Positions 56,088 to 64,000 of a stretch of DNA of 64,000 bases are shown in pieces. Under the pieces are notes generated by a model. The model worked only from the letters and a program-made list of their open reading frames with translations, was not told where the DNA came from and ran no database searches. A program made the position numbers and the translations under genes. The stretch is from Candidatus Undivivens industriae. GTDB lineage: Bacteria > Omnitrophota > Gorgyraeia > Gygaellales > Profunditerraquicolaceae. Position 1 is the first letter of the stretch. Each line of letters begins with the position of its first letter. The stretch is from NCBI GenBank assembly GCA_012514745.1, contig JAAYZR010000025.1, forward strand, positions 18,930 to 82,929, given 5' to 3'.

Positions 56088-57017
56088 TCAGCTCGCGGTG
56101 ATAATGTCGAAGAAACTCCTGATCCTCGCCTTCAAATCCTCATATCCCTTCTCTTCCAACAGGTTCTTGGACAACAGCCTGTTTTCGAAAACCTGCCTGT
56201 TCCCGTTCACGGTCCGGATCGCGAAAAGATATCTGCCGGCGAAATTGTATTTTTTGGTCACGGTGACCGCGATCACGAAATTGTCCTTATCGAATACGCC
56301 GTTCACGTCTTCGACCACGATAGCCAGCAGATAATTCTTCTTTATAAGCAGCGGAAAGGCCGTGGAAATGGGCAGGGTCATGTCTCTCTCTTTGTCCTCA
56401 ACAAAACCCACGTTGGCCATCCGCTCATGGAACAGATAGTCCTCGAATTCATCAAGCCTGCCGTAACGGTGAAAAGAAGGATCCAGCACGAAAATATCGT
56501 TGTCGCCCCGCGCCCCGCCGGCCGGCGTTATGAACAGTACCATGTGAGTGGCTTTCGGGGTCTGGAAATAACCGGACTGCACGGCGCGCGCGAACTGGAT
56601 ATCATAGGCGTCCCCGAACAGAGGCTTGACGTACTTATAGGTATAAGAAGCGAGCTCGCCGCAGGTGCCGTATCTGCCGCCTTCCAGGATAAGATTCCCG
56701 TCCTCGCCGAAACGATGTATATTGCGGACTGTCCAGAGCCTGTTTTCAGGGTCTATGCTCACGGAAACGTCTTTCTGTTCCAGCATCGGCAAACCGGAAT
56801 ATACCAGTTTCTCGATGATGCCCTCCACTTCTTTCCGAAAAGGCGGAACTGCCTCCGACTGTTTATACGATCTATCCACTTCCGGAGTCACGCGGGAGGA
56901 GAGGATGAACCATATTAGGCCGGCGACCGCCGCTGAAAGAAAAAAACAAAGCCATTTCAAAACACGTTCCTTTCTCCGCATCCGCGCGATGATGATTTTT
57001 TCCTGCTGGGAATTCAA
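56088..57017 (-). CDS. Membrane-anchored transglutaminase-like cysteine peptidase-fold protein
   Basis: N-terminal TM, then GRYGTCGELASYTY (candidate Cys), THMVLFI (His) and VLDPSF (Asp) in transglutaminase-core order. Confidence 0.4.
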   Translation of the reverse strand: MNSQQEKIIIARMRRKERVLKWLCFFLSAAVAGLIWFILSSRVTPEVDRSYKQSEAVPPFRKEVEGIIEKLVYSGLPMLEQKDVSVSIDPENRLWTVRNIHRFGEDGNLILEGGRYGTCGELASYTYKYVKPLFGDAYDIQFARAVQSGYFQTPKATHMVLFITPAGGARGDNDIFVLDPSFHRYGRLDEFEDYLFHERMANVGFVEDKERDMTLPISTAFPLLIKKNYLLAIVVEDVNGVFDKDNFVIAVTVTKKYNFAGRYLFAIRTVNGNRQVFENRLLSKNLLEEKGYEDLKARIRSFFDIITAS

Positions 57018-57036
57018 GTTTCTCTCCTCTCGACTG

Positions 57037-57387
57037 TCATTTTACCGCAGCCGCCGCAGGCCCCTTCAAGGCGGGTGCGGACGGCTTGTTTTTCTTTTTT
57101 TTCGCTGCGGCTTCCGCTTCAAGCTCCGACCGGATCTCCCGAAAAAGATCCTTTTCTCTTTCCAGCTCTTTGGCTTTTCTGCCGTATTCTTCCGTGAAGG
57201 CCCGGTGTTCCCGCGAGAGGTCTTTTACGAAAGCGTCCCTCGCCTCTTTCAGCTTCGCGGCATGTTTCGCTTTCGCGATACCGTCTATATTACCGATCTT
57301 CACCGCCGTGATGATGCAGGAAAAGAGCAGATACGCAAAACAGGCGGCTGTTAGAACGGCAATAATTTTCATCTTATGTATCCGCAT
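57037..57387 (-). CDS. Small membrane-anchored coiled-coil protein
   Basis: 116 aa with an N-terminal TM and a K/E/A-rich tail. Confidence 0.4.
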   Translation of the reverse strand: MRIHKMKIIAVLTAACFAYLLFSCIITAVKIGNIDGIAKAKHAAKLKEARDAFVKDLSREHRAFTEEYGRKAKELEREKDLFREIRSELEAEAAAKKKKNKPSAPALKGPAAAAVK

Positions 57388-57556
57388 ATCTCACCGGAAT
57401 CCATGCTGGGGCGCGGACAATATGGCCGCCGCTCGCTGTTCATTTTAGCGCGGCGTCAAATCTCGCTGATCCGACGGCGCGCAGTTTACTCCCCTCGCCC
57501 GGAAATCCCGGAGCTTGAAGCCCGGGGAGTTTCATTGTTGAACCGGGAAAACTCCG

Positions 57557-58249
57557 TTATTTGAGTCTTTCGATCGCCGCGCGGATATCCCCGGCTTCGG
57601 AGGCGTCCGGTTTCAACTCCAGGTACTTACTATAGTGCTCCACCGCCTTCTCCGGGTCCTGTCTGAAGGCGTCGTAAACAACGGCAAGATTGTAATGGGC
57701 GTCGGCGTTGGACGGATCCAATTCAAGAGAACGCCGGTAGGCCTCGACCGCCTCGTCATAATATCCGGCGCCGGTATAAGCCACCCCGAGATTATAACTA
57801 TAAACGGAGCGTTCCTGTTTTATATGTTTCTGCAAAAGTAACAAGCCCTGCTGAGCTTTTTGCGCGGTATTGACGTAATTGCCGCTTTTCTTCAACTCCC
57901 CCCTGGTCTCCTCCAGCTGGCTCTTCAACAACCGCAGGTCGTTCTCCTTTTCGCTTATGCTCTGCTGGAACGCTTTCAGGTTTTTCTGCAGTGTTTCGTT
58001 GTCGTTCTGAAGTTTCGTGCTCAACGACAGGTAGGACACCGAGTCGCTCTGCAGGCGTTCGTTTTCTTTCTCTACCTTCTCTCTCTCGGCCTGCATCACG
58101 GCCAATTCTTCCTGCGCCTTCTGCATCATTTTATTCAGCTGGCCGAGCTGGCCGGTAAGATACACGTTCTTCGAATAAATACCCACCCCGATTCCCAGCG
58201 ATATTGCCAGCACCATACCCGCGGCGGCGATCAACAGTATTTTTTTCAT
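57557..58249 (-). CDS. TPR-repeat protein with N-terminal TM and coiled coil
   Basis: Signal/TM at the N-terminus, a long Q/E/L-rich coiled coil and C-terminal TPRs (AYNLGVAYTGAGYYDEAVEAYRRSLELDP...). Confidence 0.6.
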   Translation of the reverse strand: MKKILLIAAAGMVLAISLGIGVGIYSKNVYLTGQLGQLNKMMQKAQEELAVMQAEREKVEKENERLQSDSVSYLSLSTKLQNDNETLQKNLKAFQQSISEKENDLRLLKSQLEETRGELKKSGNYVNTAQKAQQGLLLLQKHIKQERSVYSYNLGVAYTGAGYYDEAVEAYRRSLELDPSNADAHYNLAVVYDAFRQDPEKAVEHYSKYLELKPDASEAGDIRAAIERLK

Positions 58250-58818
58250 GGATAAGACGTCCCGCTATACTCCAGCATCCGGATAAGATACTTCACATCT
58301 TCGGCGTCTCTGGCCAGAGGGGCAAGCGTGAGATAACGCTTTAAATAAGCCGCCGCCTTTTTGTTGTCGTTCCGCTGGTGTTTATACAACAGACCCAGGT
58401 CGTAACAGACGGCTGCGTCATCGTGGTCAAACGATAACGCTTTCTCGAAAGCGTTTATCGCCTGCTCGAACTGTTTTTCTTTCAGGTACCCCTGCCCGAG
58501 CTCTTTATACAAAATGGCCTCTTCCGCTGCCGCCGCTGCGGCGGTGTCTTTTTCAGCAGAAACGGTTGTCTTAACCTTCTTTTCGCTTTTCCCCGCGGCT
58601 GCCTTGCGCCCAAGCCGCTGTTTAAGCCCCGGATCAACCTTCCCGGACTTTGAGAGAGCCGCGTTCTGCGCGTGCAGTTCCGCCACCAAGCCGGCGTTCT
58701 CCCGCTGCAGCTCTTCTATTATCCTGCGCAGTTGTTTTTCGCTATCCGAAGCGGCAAAAAGACTGCTTTGAGAAAGCAAAATACCGGCCGCCAGGACGCT
58801 CAATATTTTTCCCGACAT
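58246..58818 (-). CDS. Secreted TPR-repeat protein
   Basis: The start is set at MSGKILSVLAAGILL (signal peptide). Coiled coil plus TPRs. Overlaps the downstream TPR gene by 4 nt. Confidence 0.55.
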   Translation of the reverse strand: MSGKILSVLAAGILLSQSSLFAASDSEKQLRRIIEELQRENAGLVAELHAQNAALSKSGKVDPGLKQRLGRKAAAGKSEKKVKTTVSAEKDTAAAAAAEEAILYKELGQGYLKEKQFEQAINAFEKALSFDHDDAAVCYDLGLLYKHQRNDNKKAAAYLKRYLTLAPLARDAEDVKYLIRMLEYSGTSYP

Positions 58819-58849
58819 TCCCACCTCCACAGCGAAACAAAGCCGCTCT

Positions 58850-58874
58850 AATTCCGGGGACACAATACTTAATT
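58850..58874. repeat. REP-like repeat copy
   Basis: AATTCCGGGGACACAATACTTAATT lies about 32 nt upstream of the TPR gene start and about 65 nt downstream of the secretin stop. Confidence 0.6.
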
Positions 58875-58940
58875 AAGAAGGACTTAGGAGGAGTATCATC
58901 GTCCTCATCTCTGCCCTCCGGGAGAAGGGGAATAAAGTAA

Positions 58941-60839
58941 TCAATACTTCTTCAACCCCTTCAATTGTAACTCCGGCCGGTTCTCCGCCGGCCCCCCGGA
59001 CGCGGGCCTGACGACTTTCTCTCCGCCGGGTGAGGATTTTTCATCCCGGCCCTCCGAAGGTGTTATTTTCTGCATCCTGCGGTTCAATATATCTTCCTTC
59101 ATACTGTCTGTAAGGACCTCGGGCGAGACCCATTTCTCCGGTTCCATCCCGGACGCCATAGCCTCTCCCGTGACTATGTGGGGCGTGAGGAAGATGACCA
59201 ATTCTGTCTTCTTGTGCAGCGAAGCCTTGCCGCCGAAGAGTCCGCCGATCACCGGTATCTTAGACAACAAAGGCACTCCGGTTATGTCGTTTCTCTTATC
59301 GTCTTTCATCAATCCGGCGATCATGATCATCGAACCGTCCTTTACCTTGACAACGGTCTCGGCTTCTGAAGTCTCGACAATAGGCACGATACTTCCCAGA
59401 CCGGTCTTAAGCGTCTCCCGGACCGAACTGACTTCCGGCTTAATCTTCAAGGTGACAAAACCGTCCTGGTTTATGGTCGGGGAAACGTTAAGCTTCACCC
59501 CCACGTCTATAAACTGGATGCTCTCGGAAGTAACGGTGGTGGTGTCTCCCTGGCTCAATGTCTGGGTCACGTAAGCCTCTCTCGCCCCGACCATTACCTT
59601 TGCTTCCTGGTTATTGAGAGCGGTAATGCGGGGGCTGGAAAGTATCTTGGTCTCGCCGTAAGTCTGCAGCAGCTGCAAAGTGGCGGTATAATCGTCGTCA
59701 TTCAGCACGCCCATGGTCATCTTCAGGTTATCCGCGGTCAACAAAGGAGACGGGGTAAAAGAAGGCGAGGCGGGAAAAGTCCCCGCGAACTTCAAGGAAT
59801 CGCTGAACACATCTTCCCAGTTGATGCCGCGCTGGTATTCGTCCTTCAGCGTGATCTGGACTATCTCCGCTTCGATAAATACCTGGCGGCTGGATTCGTC
59901 GAACGCCTTGACCATGCGCCGGATCTTCTTCATTTTATCCGGGAGGTCCGAAACGACGAGCTTGCTGGACCTCTCATCCACGTATACCTCTCCGGCGCCT
60001 CCGGTTATCACGTTCGACAGCTGCGTCTTTATGTCCGCGGCCTTTGCGTACTTGAGATCGAAGACCTCAGTTTGCAGCGGCTGGTCAAGGTCCTCGACGG
60101 TCTTCTCCATGAGATCCAATTTCTCGGGAATATCTATCAAAAGCAGGGTGCCGGAGGTCTCGTCGGCGATGATCTTGCCTATATCCGACTTGACCAGGCT
60201 CAACGCGTTGAAGACGTTGGAAGGTTTGGCGTATTTAAGCTTTACGCTCCTAAAACCGCGTTTTTCGTTGAACCTTCTGCCGTAGAGCTTCTCATACTCG
60301 GCGGAGGTCATTATATTGACTATATTCCCTTTTCTATCGCAGGCGAGGTCCTGGCTCATCAGAATGACATCCAGGGCGTCATCGAAGGTAAGTGAATTCA
60401 TGAAGATATTCACCCTGCCGGCGACGCTTTTACTCGGTACGATGGTGAGGTTCATCTTCATGGAGAGGATACGGAACAATTCCACGATATCTATCCCTTT
60501 CAGATCAAGGGATATCCTTTCCCCGGAGGTCTTGACCCCGTCCATCTTGGCCGCTGCATCCGCCGTTCCGGCGCCCTGCGGCGCAGTATCGGCTGGGGCT
60601 GGCCCGGGTAAAGATTGCCCGGGGTCCACAGGCGCTTGTCCGTTCTGCGGGCGGATGTCCGCCGAGTCTATCGGTGTGTCTCCGGGCGAACCGGCCGGCG
60701 GAGGAGACTCGGGAACTCCCCCGGATTGATCTGCGGGAGGATCCGCGGAAAAAACCGGGAAGCAGACAGCCGTCAAAAGAAAAGAAAACACGGCTATCCT
60801 TAACCGCCTCGACAATCTGCATCCTGGATTGATAGGCAT
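58941..60839 (-). CDS. gspD: Secretin (GspD/PilQ family)
   Basis: Signal peptide, a Pro-rich low-complexity linker, N-domains and a C-terminal secretin domain (VIFLTPHIVTGEA). Confidence 0.85.
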   Translation of the reverse strand: MPINPGCRLSRRLRIAVFSFLLTAVCFPVFSADPPADQSGGVPESPPPAGSPGDTPIDSADIRPQNGQAPVDPGQSLPGPAPADTAPQGAGTADAAAKMDGVKTSGERISLDLKGIDIVELFRILSMKMNLTIVPSKSVAGRVNIFMNSLTFDDALDVILMSQDLACDRKGNIVNIMTSAEYEKLYGRRFNEKRGFRSVKLKYAKPSNVFNALSLVKSDIGKIIADETSGTLLLIDIPEKLDLMEKTVEDLDQPLQTEVFDLKYAKAADIKTQLSNVITGGAGEVYVDERSSKLVVSDLPDKMKKIRRMVKAFDESSRQVFIEAEIVQITLKDEYQRGINWEDVFSDSLKFAGTFPASPSFTPSPLLTADNLKMTMGVLNDDDYTATLQLLQTYGETKILSSPRITALNNQEAKVMVGAREAYVTQTLSQGDTTTVTSESIQFIDVGVKLNVSPTINQDGFVTLKIKPEVSSVRETLKTGLGSIVPIVETSEAETVVKVKDGSMIMIAGLMKDDKRNDITGVPLLSKIPVIGGLFGGKASLHKKTELVIFLTPHIVTGEAMASGMEPEKWVSPEVLTDSMKEDILNRRMQKITPSEGRDEKSSPGGEKVVRPASGGPAENRPELQLKGLKKY

Positions 60840-60873
60840 AATTAGTTTTAGGAAAAACGGCGGCAGGGTCCCT

Positions 60874-61491
60874 TCATCGGAGTTCCCATTCTCTGCCGTC
60901 CTTGCTTAATACCACCTTATCCACGTATATCTTCTTGACCTTAAGTTCGTTGACGGAATCTCCGTCATTGAGCAAATAGGTCTTGGAATTCTTGGTATCT
61001 TCTACCATCGCCTGAGGTTTCTCGGACCACAGGATACCGACCAGCTTCAAAGTGCTGACCGCCTGGGCCGTTTCCGCGGAAAGCAGATTCTCGGCCTTGG
61101 CAGGCTCTACGGAAAATATATTGTGCTTACCAGCCGAGCCAAGCAGATCTTTGAATGCCGGCGCTTTTTCCGCCGCGGCCACGGAATGAACATCCGCCGT
61201 TCCGCGGGAAAAGGCCTTCTTGAGCCTCACCGATGAATCGCTTGAAACGGATACGTAATCGTACAACAGGAACAAAGTAACCAACACCGCGGAGACAACG
61301 GACAGCTGGACCGCCGTTCTCAAAGTGAAACCTCCGGCTGGGAACTGCGAAAAACGGAAGGCAGCGCTATCCGCGTTTTCTTTGCCTCCGGCATCCGCCA
61401 GGGGACGTCTGACGGCGCCGGACGCCTGATTGCCGGGATTCTCTATTATCTTCAGCAGCCTTTCTTCCGGGGTCAGATTCTTATTTTCCAT
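60874..61491 (-). CDS. Bitopic GspC/PilP-like protein
   Basis: N-terminal cytoplasmic segment, one TM and a C-terminal beta-domain (TYLLNDGDSVNELKVKKIYVDKVVLSKDGREWEL) resembling PilP/GspC HR. Confidence 0.45.
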   Translation of the reverse strand: MENKNLTPEERLLKIIENPGNQASGAVRRPLADAGGKENADSAAFRFSQFPAGGFTLRTAVQLSVVSAVLVTLFLLYDYVSVSSDSSVRLKKAFSRGTADVHSVAAAEKAPAFKDLLGSAGKHNIFSVEPAKAENLLSAETAQAVSTLKLVGILWSEKPQAMVEDTKNSKTYLLNDGDSVNELKVKKIYVDKVVLSKDGREWELR

Positions 61492-61497
61492 ATAATA

Positions 61498-62343
61498 TCA
61501 TATATTTGCCGTGGCCGCCGTAAGTTTTACATCATTATTTATGATATCCCAGATGACCCTCGCGTCAACCGAAACCCGGTTGGACATAATCAGCGCCTTG
61601 AGCGCGTTGTGACAAAGCATTGATATCCTGCGCGGGTACCCTTTAGTATATCTGTGTATTTCGGCTATCGCGTCGTTTGTGAACAGACTTCCTCTTGAAT
61701 CGAACCCGGCAACTTTCAACCGGTAATTGATCATTTCTTTTGTCTCCCTCTCATCCAGCGGATTAAGCATATATTTCAGGCTTATCCTGTCCCAGAGATT
61801 GGGCATCTGGTTGAGTTTCGGCAGCACCTCCAGCTGAGATAACAGAACCAGCTGCAGGAGCTTATATTCGTTGGTCTCGTAATTGAGCAGCACGCGCAGC
61901 ACTTCCAGAGACGCCTGGTTAAGTTTCTGGCATTCATCCACCACCAGAACTACCGTTTTATTTTCCTGCACCCCTTTCATAAAGAGATAATCTTTCAATA
62001 TCTCCTTATAATCCAGGGTCGTGGGAGAAGGTTTCGCCGTCTCTATCTTGAAAGTCCTCACCAGCGACTCCAGAAAAATATGCTCGTTGTCGTACGTCGG
62101 ATCCAGTATAAGATGGAAGATAATGTCTTCCCTCTCCTTAAGCATTTGAAGCAATCTGCGGGAGAGCGTGGTCTTCCCCACTCCCACGTCCCCGAGTATA
62201 AGGCTCAAGCCGCGTTTAAGACGGATCTCCACCAGCAGGCGCATCAACGCCGCGCGGTGTTCCTGCGATTCATAGAAGAACTCCGGATCCGGGCTGGTCG
62301 AAAACGGCTCTTTCTCCAACCCGAGGAGCCGATAATAACTCAT
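61498..62343 (-). CDS. gspA: ExeA/GspA-like AAA ATPase
   Basis: Walker A GDVGVGKTT, Walker B VLVVDE and AAA_16/ExeA architecture. 281 aa. Confidence 0.7.
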   Translation of the reverse strand: MSYYRLLGLEKEPFSTSPDPEFFYESQEHRAALMRLLVEIRLKRGLSLILGDVGVGKTTLSRRLLQMLKEREDIIFHLILDPTYDNEHIFLESLVRTFKIETAKPSPTTLDYKEILKDYLFMKGVQENKTVVLVVDECQKLNQASLEVLRVLLNYETNEYKLLQLVLLSQLEVLPKLNQMPNLWDRISLKYMLNPLDERETKEMINYRLKVAGFDSRGSLFTNDAIAEIHRYTKGYPRRISMLCHNALKALIMSNRVSVDARVIWDIINNDVKLTAATANI

Positions 62344-62468
62344 ATTCCCCCTTCCGATAGTGCGCTGTTGAATAAGTTCTTTGAACAGCGCACTGAGTCC
62401 GCCAACGTTTCAGTGGCGAGACGATCTAATTTCGATTCTCGACTATGAGAAACTTATGTAACAATGCA
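62344..62468. repeat. MITE-like element copy with terminal 13-bp-stem hairpin
   Basis: 62400-62468 is about 80% identical to 18061-18129 and begins at the TAG stop of the MerR-like gene (TAG-TGCATTGTTACA). Hairpin TAGTGCGCTGTTGAA/TTGAACAGCGCACT (62355-62392) lies 4 nt upstream of the gspA RBS. Confidence 0.55.
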
Positions 62469-62696
62469 CTAAATACCGACTATCTTTTTGCGGATCAGAT
62501 GCAAAGGATAACCTTCCTTGCTCAAGGCATTTATCCTGCGCAGACGCGACCTGACCTCTTTTTCCTCATACATACGCTGGTTACCGGACTTGGCGAGAAC
62601 CTGCAGAAGCCCCATGGCCGTGTAATAATTCAGCGTATGGTAAGGAATGTTGAATTTCCTGACCACTTCCTGCGCCGTTATCTCTTTCTTCATCAT
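62469..62696 (-). CDS. Small MerR-family/HTH_17 DNA-binding protein
   Basis: 75 aa with HTH ITAQEVVRKFNIPYHTLNYYTAMGLL and no effector domain. Confidence 0.55.
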   Translation of the reverse strand: MMKKEITAQEVVRKFNIPYHTLNYYTAMGLLQVLAKSGNQRMYEEKEVRSRLRRINALSKEGYPLHLIRKKIVGI

Positions 62697-62758
62697 CTTC
62701 TCTATGGCTTGGAGTTTGAGTAGTTACTATAACTACCGCATTTCTCTAACTTGCGATA

Positions 62759-62786
62759 AATATAGCATATCCAGAAAAAAAGTCAA
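62759..62786 (-). promoter_or_regulatory. sigma70-like promoter (TTGACT-16-TATATT) upstream of the MerR-like gene
   Basis: Minus-strand TTGACTttttttctggatatgcTATATT. The leader contains the palindrome GTAGTTATAGTAACTAC (62717-62733). Confidence 0.4.
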
Positions 62787-62880
62787 GACATATCGTCACC
62801 GGTGGCATGCCGTTACCGGCTTACCGGCCATGATGTCGGACGCTTTATAGCGAGAATGGATATTGGGATTTTACTATGTG

Positions 62881-63237
62881 TTACTGTATGCTTCTTCGCA
62901 GAAGCACGAGGATGGCTGAATGCGGGACGACCATGTATTTCTTGCCGTCGTATTCCATTTCGATCGCCGAAGCGCGCAGGAAGACGCACTTGTCTCCTTC
63001 TTGTGCCTGGAGCGGGAAATACTTCTGGCCCAACTCCGGCGCCGCCCAAGGTTCCGCTTCCAGGGCCGAAGGATCGGGCACGGGATACCCGGGGCCGGTC
63101 TTTACCACGGTCCCGGACTGTATCTTCTCTTTCTCCCTCACCCCCTGAGGCAGATAGAGGCCGCTTCCGGTCATCTCCTCCCCTTCATCCGGCAGTATCA
63201 ATACCCTGTCGCCGACCACTAAAAGTTCTTTATTCAT
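62881..63237 (-). CDS. GroES/Cpn10-like protein with extended loop (no GroEL partner adjacent)
   Basis: 118 aa. The N-terminus (VGDRVLIL...EEMTGSGLYLP...GTVVKTGPG) and C-terminus (GDKCVFL...YDGKKYMVVPHSAILVLL) align to GroES. An insertion of about 30 aa sits at the roof-loop position. Confidence 0.45.
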   Translation of the reverse strand: MNKELLVVGDRVLILPDEGEEMTGSGLYLPQGVREKEKIQSGTVVKTGPGYPVPDPSALEAEPWAAPELGQKYFPLQAQEGDKCVFLRASAIEMEYDGKKYMVVPHSAILVLLRRSIQ

Positions 63238-63932
63238 TCCCGTCCCGTCTTTAATTTATCGAGTTCTCCGTTCTTCTCTTCCAGCAAAACGAGAACCCTG
63301 GTGTATTCTTCTTTAGATATCCATTCGCTCTCCGCAGCGCGCCTGCGCTGTTCCGACAACGCTTTTCCCTGTTCCGCGGATACCTTCTTCAAAACGGCTT
63401 CCCTGTTTTCCGTGTCCCTTAATTTTTCGCAGAGTTCCTTGTTCCTGCGGGAAATATCCTGGATATGTTTCTCTTTCTCCTGAAGTTCGCGGCGCAGGGC
63501 CAGATTGGAAGAAAACTCCTTTTCGGCGTCTTTCTGCGTCTGCAAAAAGCGGGACTGAAGAGAATTATTTTCTTTGCGAAGTTTATCCAGTTCGCTCTTT
63601 TCCTTATCCCCCCAGCCCTTCAACCTCTGTATCTCTTTTTTGAATTCTTCTTCCTGCCTGCGCTTGACGTTCAGCTCCTTTTCCATCTCGTCGTGCAGCA
63701 ACTGGTAGTCGTCGTTTGCCTTTTCCAGTTCGGCTCGCAGCCTCTTGAGCTCTTCTTCAAAGCCGTGCTTCAGGGAAAACAATCCATCCTTGACAGACGC
63801 GGAGTCGGGAACGCCGCGCGGTTTTTCTTTTTTCTTCCCGGCTCCTGCGGGTTTACGTTTATGCGGCCACAGAAAAAGAAGGACCCCGGAGCTCAAAAGC
63901 ATTACTATCAATATAATTATAAGGCTATCCAT
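63234..63932 (-). CDS. Membrane-anchored coiled-coil protein
   Basis: The start is set at MDSLIIILIVMLL. One TM, a KKKEKPRG linker and roughly 190 aa of coiled coil. Confidence 0.45.
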   Translation of the reverse strand: MDSLIIILIVMLLSSGVLLFLWPHKRKPAGAGKKKEKPRGVPDSASVKDGLFSLKHGFEEELKRLRAELEKANDDYQLLHDEMEKELNVKRRQEEEFKKEIQRLKGWGDKEKSELDKLRKENNSLQSRFLQTQKDAEKEFSSNLALRRELQEKEKHIQDISRRNKELCEKLRDTENREAVLKKVSAEQGKALSEQRRRAAESEWISKEEYTRVLVLLEEKNGELDKLKTGRE

Positions 63933-63937
63933 AGTGG

Positions 63938-64000
63938 AATTCCGGGGACACAATACTTAATTCGGCAACGGCTGCGGTCGCCAACAGATTTCAACCTGTC
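63938..64000. repeat. REP-like repeat plus start of a third MITE-like module (truncated by window end)
   Basis: AATTCCGGGGACACAATACTTAATT at 63938-63962 lies 6 nt upstream of the ATG at 63932. The following CGGCAACGGCTGCGGTCGCCAACAGATTTCAAC parallels 18046-18080 and 62380-62410. Confidence 0.55.

Overview
This is a GC-rich bacterial chromosomal segment in which every supportable gene (about 55) is encoded on the minus strand. All long plus-strand ORFs in the track are antisense shadows.

Gene content by region:
- Left third (1-24.4 kb): housekeeping genes. These are mcsA-like, ilvE, lolD and lolC/E, lysS, htpX, a DUF1573 lipoprotein, a DsbD/CcdA-like protein, addAB, mazG, thyX, glgC, a DnaQ-like exonuclease, dnaE, guaA and a CBS-less IMPDH-family gene.
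- Middle (24.8-37.7 kb): a T2SS/T4P-like block (gspG, K, J, H/I, M/pilO-like, L/pilMN-like, F, E) joined by an 11-nt spacer to an atypical F-type ATP synthase cluster. The cluster order is epsilon, c, b/delta fusion, alpha, gamma, beta, and no a-subunit gene is present.
- 37.7-55.9 kb: a long operon. Its leader resembles a c-di-GMP-I (GEMM) riboswitch with its own promoter and an intrinsic terminator. The genes that follow are an HUH/Y1 (RAYT-like) protein with a TM/coiled-coil tail, a secreted protein, a multi-TM protein, a NifB-like radical SAM enzyme that overlaps the next start codon, a 4,439-aa beta-propeller/Ig-repeat giant protein, a secreted/TM protein and an HExxH peptidase-like protein.
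- Right end (56-64 kb): a transglutaminase-like protein, TPR proteins, a secretin (GspD/PilQ), a GspC/PilP-like protein, ExeA/GspA, a MerR-like HTH protein, a GroES-like protein and a coiled-coil membrane protein.

Repeats: a 25-bp REP-like repeat (AATTCCGGGGACACAATACTTAATT) occurs at least 7 times, abutting stop and start codons. Related MITE-like elements of about 110 bp occur three times. A module of about 230 bp is duplicated between gspF and gspL.

No rRNA, tRNA or CRISPR was recognised. Coordinates are 1-based. All homology calls come from reading motifs by eye; no search was run.
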